Of a stretch of DNA of 64,000 bases, positions 38,705 through 48,400 are shown in pieces. The notes beneath the pieces are model-generated. The model searched no databases. It was not told where the DNA came from and saw nothing but the letters and a program-made list of their open reading frames with translations. Location of the stretch: positions 1 through 64,000 of IMG/VR virus record IMGVR_UViG_2865147665_000001; one strand, 5' to 3'. This DNA comes from an uncultured virus (IMG/VR IMGVR_UViG_2865147665_000001) (taxonomy: Duplodnaviria; Heunggongvirae; Uroviricota; Caudoviricetes). Position 1 is the first letter of the stretch. The number at the start of each line of letters is the position of its first letter. Both the position numbers and the translations under genes were made by a program.

Positions 38705-39499
38705 TCATTCCTGTCCGGTGTCGCCTGCCCCGGGGGCACCCGCCCCGGTGATCAGCTCCTGTTCGTCACTGCACAGACCGGGCAACGCGCGGTAGGAGGT
38801 CCGTATATGCTCGCGGGCGAGTTCCGCCGCCTGCTCGCCGTTTCCGGCGGCTACCGCCTCGAGCAGTGACCTGTGCTGTTCCTGGAGCAGATCCCGCAGA
38901 CCGTCCCAGTCCAGGTGGGCACGGTAGCCTTCCAGCAGAGGCGCTCTCAGGGACTCGCGTATCGCCTGTGTCATGTCTGCGAAAAGCCTGTTCCCTCCTC
39001 CTCGCGCCAGTGCGACATGGAAGCGGGTGTCGGCGTCCCCGAACTCCTCCCTGCCGATGTCCTGTCGGTCCATGACGGCCAGCTCCTCCCCCATACGGTG
39101 CAGCACTTCCGGATCACCCCGGCGCGCCGCCATTGCGGCACTCTCGACCTCCAGGATCAGTCTGGTCTGGACCACTTCCTCCAGCGCGAAATTGTTGAGC
39201 GCCACATGCAGTTTCAGGAAGCGGCTCAGTGCGACAGTCGGTGTGGCGGCGATGAATGTACCGGCCCGGGTCCCGGAACCTACATGGGATTCGAGAACTC
39301 CGTGGCTTTCCAGGACCCGGATGGCTTCACGGGCGGCGGCCCTGCTGACCCCGAGTTGTTCGGCGAGCTGGCGTTCAGGTGGCAGTGCGTCTCCGACCCC
39401 CAGTTCGCCTGACAGTATGCGGTTCTCGATCGCCTCGACCACCAGCGAATGAGTGCTGGTCCGAGGCGCGGAGCGCTCTGGGTCGGAGTGTTCATTCAT
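38705..39499 (-). CDS. GntR/FadR family regulator
   Basis: LPPERQLAEQLGVSRAAAREA; DTRFHVALA FCD domain. Confidence 0.93.
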   Translation of the reverse strand: MNEHSDPERSAPRTSTHSLVVEAIENRILSGELGVGDALPPERQLAEQLGVSRAAAREAIRVLESHGVLESHVGSGTRAGTFIAATPTVALSRFLKLHVALNNFALEEVVQTRLILEVESAAMAARRGDPEVLHRMGEELAVMDRQDIGREEFGDADTRFHVALARGGGNRLFADMTQAIRESLRAPLLEGYRAHLDWDGLRDLLQEQHRSLLEAVAAGNGEQAAELAREHIRTSYRALPGLCSDEQELITGAGAPGAGDTGQE

Positions 39500-39556
39500 G
39501 GCTCCGGTTCTACCACCCGATGACCGTTGCTCCGGATCCGACGCGTCCCCCCGTCC

Positions 39557-40918
39557 TCACCCCACCCTCACGGTGGCCGTGAAACGGTCGCAGACCGCAG
39601 TACGGTCTGCGGTGACATCACCGGACGCCGGACGGTACTGACATCCCACTGAGACCTGGTGGCCGTCGATCAGTCTCACCTGCCAGCGGGTCACCGACCG
39701 GCTGGTCGACTCCTCGTAGTCGACCGGTGACCGTGAGAGCACGCGAACTCCCGGCACTTTCTCAAGCGCTGTGAGCATCCGGGCGTCCAGCTGGTCCTGG
39801 GTACCCACCGGTGCCGGTTTAGCGGCCACGAGGATCCTCATGTCCGGGTCCTCCGACATCCAAATCTCCCGGTTCCTCGTGGCCTCACTGATGGTCCAAC
39901 CTTCCAGTCCCACGGTGACAGGCACATCTGCGCGGGACACCCGGGGGTCGTCTCCGTGACTGCCGTGCCGGACGGGGTCATTCCATTCCCCGGGCGTGAC
40001 ACTTTCAGCAGACGCAGATGTCGGGGCCAGTCCTTCCCCGTCCCCCCGGGGTTGTTCTCCCACTGTCGTGGAACCGACCGTTCCCGCCGGCGGCCATGTT
40101 GATCCTGCCTGTGTCTGCACACCGTCCGGTAGCGCACGGTCACCGCTGGTGGCCTGTCCGCCTGTCGCTGACACCACGCCGAAGACGCAGAGGACCAGGA
40201 CCACCAGTCCTGTCATCACAGCGGCCACTGTCCGCACACGGTGTCCGGCACTCCCGTCGTCGACGCTGACATCCGGGTCTGACGGTCTGGACAGGTAAGC
40301 CGGGCGGACGTGTGCGGTGTCCCGGTCGGCGGACCTGCTGCCGGAGCGCGATCCATCGGAGACGGAGGCCTCGATTTCCTCGAGTTCGGCGCGTGCCATC
40401 GCCAGGTCCGCGGCGATTTTCACGGCGTCGGTGGGGTCCACGACCCTGGCGCGCAACCCGACCGATCTCAGGTAGGACGCCGTGACCGCTGCCTCATCTC
40501 CGACGACGATGATGTCGGTGTGGGGTTCTCCCACTCCCCAGGGGAACCTGGTCCGTGGGACAAGTGGGTTGGGACTGGTCAACTCGGGGTCGGCGGCGCG
40601 GGCCGTGAGAACCTCCGACACCAGTTCCCGCACCGCCTCCAGCCGGGTCAGCGCTATACCGGTTCTCCTCCATTCCGGTGAGTCACGAGGCACAGCACCG
40701 GCGCTGACGGCCGTGCCGTCGATGTCACCACTGACGGCCGTGCCGTCGATGTCACCACTGACGGCCGTGCCGTCGATGTCACCACTGACGGTGAATCCGC
40801 TGAGCAGGTCAGTCACGGCCGATCCGTTGACCAGGATCCCTGATTCCACCAGTGCCAGTGCCCGGAAGACTGTCCCGGTCTGCGACCCTGTGGCTCCGGA
40901 CGGACACTGTTCAGACAT
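39557..40918 (-). CDS. T7SS-associated protein (Rv3446c-like)
   Basis: Overlaps eccC stop; TM; WQVRLIDGHQVSVGCQ C-terminus. Confidence 0.75.
   Translation of the reverse strand: MSEQCPSGATGSQTGTVFRALALVESGILVNGSAVTDLLSGFTVSGDIDGTAVSGDIDGTAVSGDIDGTAVSAGAVPRDSPEWRRTGIALTRLEAVRELVSEVLTARAADPELTSPNPLVPRTRFPWGVGEPHTDIIVVGDEAAVTASYLRSVGLRARVVDPTDAVKIAADLAMARAELEEIEASVSDGSRSGSRSADRDTAHVRPAYLSRPSDPDVSVDDGSAGHRVRTVAAVMTGLVVLVLCVFGVVSATGGQATSGDRALPDGVQTQAGSTWPPAGTVGSTTVGEQPRGDGEGLAPTSASAESVTPGEWNDPVRHGSHGDDPRVSRADVPVTVGLEGWTISEATRNREIWMSEDPDMRILVAAKPAPVGTQDQLDARMLTALEKVPGVRVLSRSPVDYEESTSRSVTRWQVRLIDGHQVSVGCQYRPASGDVTADRTAVCDRFTATVRVG
40704..40791. repeat. 27-bp in-frame tandem repeat, 3 copies plus a partial (VSGDIDGTA)
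   Basis: ctgacggccgtgccgtcgatgtcacca at 40704, 40731, 40758. Confidence 0.95.
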
Positions 40919-43250
40919 GCTCGTCCTTCCCTTCTGTTTCCGGTTCCTGTTCCGACCGCCGGTCCGCTGAACTCCGGTCTGCCCCGGGGATGTCGCCCGT
41001 TCCGGTGACGGCGATCTGCAGCTCCTCCACCGTGTTCTGTACGAGGAGTCCGCGTCCCGGTGGCCGGGGACACAGGGCCTGTCCTGCGACTGGCCCGTCC
41101 TCTCGCGGCGCGGACAACAGGATCCAGGCTGTACTGTCGCGGATGCCCTGGAACAGGGGTGTGTAGGTGCTGCGGCCCAGCACAGCGCTCCGTCTGGCGG
41201 TGACCAGATGCAGGCCGATGTCTGCGGCGTACGGGAGCAACGGGACGACTGTTTCCAGCGCCGCGGCCAGCTCCGTGGAGTGGTCCAGGTCGTCGACGAC
41301 GACAATGTAGTCGGGTCCGGACCACCAGCTCCGGTTTCTCAGGGACTCCGGACTCAGCTCGGTGACGTCGCCGGGAATCCTTGCGGTGAGGACGGCCGTC
41401 ACCTGCTCCAGTTCAGTGACGAAGCCCACCGGGGACCGGTATCCGGGAAGGCCTAGGAGTCCTCTTCGAACGTCGGTCACCAGCAGCTCAACCTGGTCGG
41501 AGCGGTGAAGGTTCCGGGTTGCAAGATCGGTGACCACAGTGCGCAGGGCGGTCGTCGCCCCGGAACCTGATCTCCCCGCCACAGTCAGATGAGGCAGGGT
41601 CCGCAGATCCCAGTACACCGGTCCCAGGTCGGCGCCTCCGAGCCCGAGGAGAACCCCGTCCGTACGCCTGTCATCACCGTGTCCGTCTCCCCGTCTCTCC
41701 ACCGCTTCCGCAGTTTCCACCGCCTCCGAAGCCTCTGCCACCACGGCACGGTAGGTGACTGACGCCGGCAGTACCCGCATGGTTCTGACGGTGTCCCCAC
41801 GGGCCGCGCTGACGCGGCGGGCGTGTTCCACGGCTTCAGCGTCCGACCACGCCATCTGTACCTGATGTCCGGTCCAGGACACACCCCTGCCCGGGGCATC
41901 CGGAAGACTGCGTTGGATGTCCCTGTGGTTGGACTCTCCCGGAGGCAACCGAAGTTCCAGCTGCCCGACGAGCAGGTCACGCAGACTGGGCCGGAAGGTC
42001 CACCGCAGTGCGGTGACGACGACATGGACCCCTCTCTCCAGACCCCCTGCGACGAGTGCGGAAAGCCGCCTGTCTGCCTCCCCGAGAGCGTCGACCCCGT
42101 CCACCAGCAGTATCCGGTGGGTGACCCCTTCCGGAGGATCCTGCTCAAGCTCATCGAACATTCTGTCGACCAGATCAACCCCGACAACCGCAGCAACTTG
42201 CGGCAACCGGGCCAGACCGGCCAGTGAACCACCCGGGTCGAAGACGTAGACGACCACTCCCGGGTTGCCGAGGACGAGACCGACAGTCAACGTCCGCAGC
42301 ACGGTTGTTTTCCCGGTCCCCGGTGATCCGACGACCGCCCAGTGGCGTCGTCGCAGGTCAACTTCACAGGGTTTCTGCACACCGTCGAAGGGAAGGTCTT
42401 CCAGACCGACAGGTACCGGTCGGAGATCCGGGCCCGTACCGTCGGTTCCGGTACCCCAGGTTCGGTTTTCTCCGAGCAGCAGACTGGCCGGCAGGTCGAC
42501 AGGCAACGGTTCCAGCCAGATCGGGTTGAGGTTGGGCCCCGCGAGACGGTCGATGACCAGTTCCATCACCGTTCCCGTCGATTCCTGCCCGGCCCCCAGC
42601 TCTCTGACCGGTCCCCGGTCCGCCGGAGTCTGCGGCCCGGACACATAGGCGGATCTGAAGCGTATCTGACCTGCTCCTCCCGCCGATTCGGCGAGAATCG
42701 CCTCCCCCGGGGAGGCGGGAAGCTCATAGGCTGCCGGTGAACCGATGAGAGCCCGTGACTCCGCCGCCGAGAAGGTCCGCAACGCCACCCGGTAGCTCAG
42801 GTGCGACTCCAGACCACGTAGCCTGCCTTCCTCCAGGCGTTGGCTGGCGAGGAGGAGGTGGAGGCCGAGGGAGCGTCCCAGTCTGCCGATCGCCGCGAAC
42901 ACCTCGGCGAACTCTGGTCTTGTAATCAGGAGTTCGGAGAATTCGTCGACCACGACCAGCAGCGACGGCATCTCCCCGGGGCTGGTGCCGTTGAAGTCCG
43001 TGGCCGTGGTCATTCCCGCCGCCCGGAGCTTCTCCTGCCGCCGGTGCATCTCGCCGAGCAGGGCGTCCTTCATCCGGTCGACGAGCAACGCCTCCTCCGA
43101 AAGGTTGGTGATCACCGCTGATGTGTGGGGCAGACGCTCCATTCCGGAGAATGCTGCCCCTCCCTTGAAGTCGACGAGCACGAAGTTCAGTTCGCTCGGC
43201 GGATGATGGTGCGCGAAGCTGGTGACCACGGACCGGAGGAACTCGGATTT
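40911..43250 (-). pseudogene. eccC: 3' part of the T7SS FtsK/SpoIIIE ATPase EccC, interrupted in Walker A of ATPase domain 1
   Basis: Frame begins KSEFLRSVV; VDFKGG, VVVDEFSEL, GSPGTGKT, GRSGSGAT; TM region and GxxGxG missing; in-frame stop 14 codons upstream. Confidence 0.88.
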
Positions 43251-43301
43251 AAACGAACATGGGTTGTTGGTACCACTTGGGGGGGCAAATCAGCACTGCA
43301 C

Positions 43302-43455
43302 GGGGGATCAGGGGGATGTTTTCACTCAAAACGTAGAAATCCGGAAAAACGTATTACTGGGGATGCAACAACTATCAGTGCGATATTGGGCCTCTACCCA
43401 CTAATGTGTTTTTCCGAAAATTCATAGAGGGGCCGAAAATGGCCCCCGATCCCCC
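43302..43455. repeat. Imperfect inverted repeat with ~60-bp arms (candidate replication origin)
   Basis: gggggatcaggggg...cggaaaaacgtattactggg versus cccactaatgtgtttttccg...cccccgatccccc. Confidence 0.75.
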
Positions 43456-43503
43456 TAACGCCCCCATGCCGCAAGCACCGGCACCGCCTATCAGCACTAC
43501 CTA

Positions 43504-43533
43504 TTGACGCTGGGCGCTGCATGTTGGTAATGT
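43504..43533 (+). promoter_or_regulatory. SigA-type promoter TTGACG-N18-TAATGT with extended TG
   Basis: Near-consensus -35 and -10 boxes. Confidence 0.7.
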
Positions 43534-43539
43534 TGTCGC

Positions 43540-43856
43540 TAGCACTTCGGTGACGGTATGCGAGTCGCTGGAGCGGGGATAACCCCGAGGGTGGATGGGA
43601 GCAATGAGATCTCCTACCACGGTGTAGCACACCGAACGGGTAGCACCGGTAATCCTCCGACGAGAATGAAAACATTGCGTAAGTCCTGGAGCGGCACGCC
43701 AGGCAGTGAAAGAGGCCAGGTAGGGAGTTAGCGCTCCTGTAAAGCGATGGCGGGGTCTCCCCCCGCTGGCGAGCTGCGCACGGTTCTTCAGGCCGCCTGG
43801 GTGACAAGCCGGGAAAGCACCCCTCTCCGGACAGTTCAAGCTGTCTGGAGTTTTTT
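43540..43856 (+). ncRNA. Candidate ~320-nt structured leader / ncRNA
   Basis: Bounded by promoter and terminator; at least seven hairpins including a TTCG tetraloop. Confidence 0.55.
43825..43856 (+). terminator. Intrinsic terminator overlapping the RBS of the xis-like gene
   Basis: ctccggacag-ttcaag-ctgtctggag-tttttt; ATG at 43858. Confidence 0.8.
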
Positions 43857-44058
43857 CATGAGTGCTCCTCTAGTCACTCTTCAAGAAGCCGTAGAAGAAG
43901 GTTACGGCGCCTACTCAACACTTCGCATGTGGATTGCCCAGGGCAAACTACCTGCTTATAAAACAGGCTCGCGCATCAAGGTGCGGCGTGAGGACCTCGA
44001 TGCATTGCTGACCCCCGTTGGCCCGGATGGGCCTTGCCCGCAAATCGTGGACAGGTAA

Positions 44059-44949
44059 CTAAGCTGCCTCAGGTTCCTCAGCAGCAGGTTTGTTGAACAG
44101 ATTCATTTCGAACTCCACCGGCGGCACATACCCCAGCGACGAGTGCAGCCGTCGTCGGTTGTAGACCACTTCAATCCAGCGGGCCACAGCCTGCCGAGCC
44201 TCGGCCCGGGTGTGCCAGGTGTACCGGTCGTAGAACTCGGTCTTCAGCGTCGCCCACACACTCTCGGCCATCGCATTGTCCCAACACACCCCGGTCCGGC
44301 CCATTGACTGCAGTGCCTGCAGGTCCTGGCACACCCGGTGCATCTGTTCGCTGGTGAACTGGCACCCACGATCAGCGTGGAACACCACATCAACGGGCAG
44401 CTCACCGCGTATCGTGTGGGCCATACGCAGGGCTCGTTCCACCAGGTCAGTGTGCATGTGGGTGTCCATCGCCCAGCCGATGATCCGCCGGGAATGCGCG
44501 TCGGTGACCGCCGCCAGATACACCCAGCCTTCACCGGTGCGCAGATAGGTGATATCGGAAATCCAGCACCGGTCGAGCCCGCCTTTGTCCCAGCAACGTC
44601 GTGCCCGGTCGGGGATCGCGTGGGTGTTGACACCAGGCAGCGTGGTCACCGGGGAGAACTTCTTGGGACTGATCCCCTCCAAGCCCTGGCGCAGCATCGA
44701 CTTCGCCACGGTCTTGCGGTCAACGACCGTCCCCTCACGAGCCAGCTGGGCATGCACCCGGGGAGCGCCGTAGACCTCGTCGGACTCGGTGAACACCGTC
44801 CGGACCTTCGCGTCGAGGTCGTCGCGCTCACGGCGTCTGGGCGATGGTTCTCTCGCTTGCCTGGCCGCCCAGGCATAGAACCCAGACCGGGACACTCTCA
44901 GCAGGCGGGCCATACGGGTGACCTCGTAATTCGCCTTCTCCTGCGCCAT
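44059..44949 (-). CDS. IS3 transposase OrfB (DDE)
   Basis: WISDITY, HADRGCQF, DNAMAES. Confidence 0.95.
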   Translation of the reverse strand: MAQEKANYEVTRMARLLRVSRSGFYAWAARQAREPSPRRRERDDLDAKVRTVFTESDEVYGAPRVHAQLAREGTVVDRKTVAKSMLRQGLEGISPKKFSPVTTLPGVNTHAIPDRARRCWDKGGLDRCWISDITYLRTGEGWVYLAAVTDAHSRRIIGWAMDTHMHTDLVERALRMAHTIRGELPVDVVFHADRGCQFTSEQMHRVCQDLQALQSMGRTGVCWDNAMAESVWATLKTEFYDRYTWHTRAEARQAVARWIEVVYNRRRLHSSLGYVPPVEFEMNLFNKPAAEEPEAA

Positions 44950-45278
44950 CAGTTCGAACCGTTCGTCGGTGGCTGCTTGGCAGCGAAGAAGGCTGCTGCT
45001 TTTCCCAGAAACTCATTGTCCTTGTGCAGATCAGCGACCTGGCGGCGCAGTCGTTTGAGTTCGGCGCGTTCATCCAGGTCCAGCTCACCGGTGGGTTCAC
45101 CGGCGTCTTTAGCGCGTTCGGTGGCGACCCACTTGCCCAAGGTCTGGGCACCGACGCCGAGTTCGCGGGCGACTTCGGCGATGGTGCGTCCGGTGTCGAT
45201 GACCAGTCGGGCGGCTTCGTGTTTGTATTCCGGGCTGAAGTTTCGCCGTGGTCGCCGGCCAGCGGTGTTGTCGGTCAT
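44949..45278 (-). CDS. IS3 transposase OrfA
   Basis: HTH IAEVARELGV; LGKAAAFFA; GGGAAAAG frameshift window near 45000. Confidence 0.93.
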   Translation of the reverse strand: MTDNTAGRRPRRNFSPEYKHEAARLVIDTGRTIAEVARELGVGAQTLGKWVATERAKDAGEPTGELDLDERAELKRLRRQVADLHKDNEFLGKAAAFFAAKQPPTNGSN

Positions 45279-45447
45279 GGTGACATCCTCTCGTGCGGGA
45301 CGGATCCCGCTAAATCGGGTGTCCACTCAACGAGGGTAGGGCCAGGATCCCATCGATGTCGCCATTGACGAGCTCGTTTCGGCTGCACCTACCTTGTCGT
45401 CCGAGCAACGCTCGCGTCTGGCATCCCTCGTAGGGGGTGCCTAAGAC

Positions 45448-48400
45448 ATGACGGAAGAGAAGAACCCCGCCGTTGCTAGCGACGGGGCAAAAGAAGCGGA
45501 TCTGGGTAATGCTTCTGAAGTTGATGCTACCCACTCCGCTTCCTCCGCGCCAGTCCAATCTGTACTTGACCAGCGACTTTCTGCGGAGCACTTCACCGAG
45601 CTTCAGACATCGGCGATCAGCGACGATGTGATCGAGGCGTCCGGTGCGTACACGGCCTGGGAGAGGGATGATTTGCCCGATCCATTGCGATGGGTCGGTG
45701 ACCGCGACGGTGCGCTGCCCGCTCTGGTGTTCCCACTGACCGAGGCCGGTAAGGGTGAGACCTGGCAGGCCAAGCCACAGCCTGGCTTTGTCACGCTGAC
45801 CGACGGTCGCTCACCCAAATACATCGGCCCCAGCAAGGACTCCGGCTACCCCACCCCAGCACTCATTGAGCGTCGGGCTGTGGATGATACGACCCGCCGT
45901 GTCCTCGTGGTCGAGGGCACGAAGCAGGCACTGGCTGTGATGTCGGCAAGCGATGAGAGCACTGCGGTCTACGGCCTGTCGGGAATCACGTCCTGGATGG
46001 GTGGCGATGATGGCCCTAGCTCGGCGTTTCAGCTTGTCGGTGGCTTGCCGGTCTATATCGTCGCCGACGCTGACGCCGCGAGGAACCGCAGGGTCTATGA
46101 CGGGGCCGCAGGTATCGGCGAGCTCTGTCGACAGTGGGGCGCGAGCCCCGTCCGGTTCGTTCGCTTCCCCGGTAGCGGTAAGCAGGGCATCGACGATGTG
46201 CTTGGCGGTATTGATTCCCCCGCGCAGCGGGAGAAGATGCTGGAGCTGTGGGTCAAACAGGCCGAGGATAAGCCTGCCAAGAAGCGGCCCAGCTTGAGCA
46301 GCACGATACCTACGAAGGATACTTCGCAGGGGTCTGACGGATCGGCCAAGCCGATTATTAGCACGGACCTGCCCGACGACCAGATCTGGGACGCGGTAGA
46401 CAACGCGGTATATGAGAAGTTCGCTGGTAAGCGGCTTTTTCGCACCGACCACAAACTCGTGTGTCTCGTGCATCGTGATGGACGCAAACACCTCATTCCG
46501 GTGAGTAACGCTCTGGCGGTGGATTTGTCGGCGCAGGCGATTCGGATTGTTCACTCCACGCAGACGAAGTCGAAGGTTCGGGCGCTGTCTGACAAAGACG
46601 CGGCTACCGTTTTCAACGGCGCACGTGTCGGACGGTATCCCCGCATCGAGGGCATCGTGGAGACGCCTGTGCTCACCCCGAGCGGCAGGGTCTTGTCCGA
46701 GCCCGGCTACGACGAAGAGACCGGCCTGTTACTCGACTTGTCCGATGATCTCGACGGCTTCCACGTGCCGGATGACCCGTCACAGGAAGAGGTCACAGCT
46801 GCCCGCGAGCTCCTGGAGGAGGTCTACGCCGACTTCCCGTTCAAGACGGAAGCTGACCGGACCCGTGCTATCGGCATGGTACTCACCCTGCTTGTCCGCC
46901 CGTCGTGCGAGACCTCGCCAATGCACGTCATCTCGGCTAACACACCGGGCACAGGCAAGGGCCTGTTGCTGTCTGCCGTGAGCATGATTGCTCACGGCTA
47001 CGGCGCGCGGGTGCAGAAGATGCCCCATCACGATGAAGAGATGCAGAAGGTACTCACGTCGGCGCTTCTCGCTGGTCAGACGATGCTGATCTTCGATGAG
47101 ACCGGTGAGGGGATCGGTAGCCTGTCGCTGGCCGCCATGCTGACCTCCACCTACTACGAGGGTCGTATCCTCGGCGAGTCCCGGCACTTGTCGGTGAAGA
47201 ACTCAGCCTGCGTTTTTGCAGCCGGAAACAACGTCGCGGTGAAAAAGGATCTTGGACGTCGAACAGTGATGGTCGAGATGAAGACGCCGTTGGCGAGCCC
47301 AGAAGCTCGCGACGACTTCACACACCCGGACCTGTTGGTGTGGGTCAAAGACAACCGACGGGCCCTGCTGGAAGCCGCGTTCACACTCATCCGGGCCTGG
47401 ATCGTTGCTGGTGAGCCTGCCCCGGCACCGGGCCAGCCGGTGGGTAGCTTTGAGGACTGGTACCACGTGGTGGGTGGCGTCCTTGAGCACGCTGGTAGGC
47501 GTGACCTCATGTTTGGCGTGCGCGAGCAGCGGGCACAGCACAATGAGAGCGAACTTGAGGACCTGGCGCATCTGCACTGGGTGAGCGTGAACTTTGATGA
47601 GCCCTTCCGTGCTTATGACGTGGAGTGCAAGATTCGCGAAACGCAGGGTTTTATCCCGCTCCCGTCAGACATCCAGACCCTGGACGAGGTGACCGCGCAG
47701 CGGTTGGGTCGGGTGTACACGAAGCTTCAGGACCGTAATCTTGCTGGTTTCGTCGTCAAGATGGCCGGGATGGTCAACCACACGAAGCGCTTTAAGGTGA
47801 CCTATCTCGGCCCGGACGGGAACGGTGGTGGTCCTGGCGGCCTCAACGACCCGGACGGTGGTAGCCCCACTCCCCCTCCTGCACCTGGCGGTAGTGCTGT
47901 CGATGCCGACAACACTGGCGCATCCACGGTGGTATTCGACCTGGAGACCGCTAGCGCCGATGGGTTGCACACGACCGATGACCCTGCGTGGGTTCGCTTG
48001 GCGGCGTATCAGGTGGATGGTGGCGAGATCAGGACAACGACGGACATCGCCGGTGAGCTGCTGCCGGTTCTGCGAAACGCGGGCACGATTGTCGGGCACA
48101 ACATCACACATTTCGATCTCCCTGCGCTGGAGCGCCTATATGGCTTTGCTCCGTCGCCCGAGCAGCGCGTCGAGGACACTCTCGTGCTTGCCCGTCTCGT
48201 GGACCCTCCCACGACGGGAAAGAAGTACCACCTCGACGCTGTGGCTACCCGCCTCGGTCTCGGCGGTAAGTTGCTGGCCGATGGTGACACGGCGCTGAAG
48301 GCTCTGGCCAGCCAGCACGGTGGTTTCGACCAGATTCCAGTCGATGATCCGCAGTATGTTGCGTACGCCCGACAGGATGTGCGTGCCACGGCAGATGTCC

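Larger units (their letters stand above)
44028..45344 (-). mobile_element. IS3-family element, 1317 bp, 3-bp target duplication GGA
   Basis: TG...CA ends, imperfect IRs containing gtggaca, GGA at 44025-44027 and 45345-45347. Confidence 0.93.
43858..45444 (+). pseudogene. Excisionase-like HTH gene (88 aa) interrupted by IS3
   Basis: STLRMWIAQGKLPAYK...VRREDLDALL; removing the IS gives in-frame VGPDPIDVAIDELVSAAPTLSSEQRSRLASLVGGA*. Confidence 0.85.

Noticed and set aside
40704..40791. Possible mini-CRISPR
   Set aside because: Repeats are contiguous with no spacers and in frame within a CDS; no cas genes
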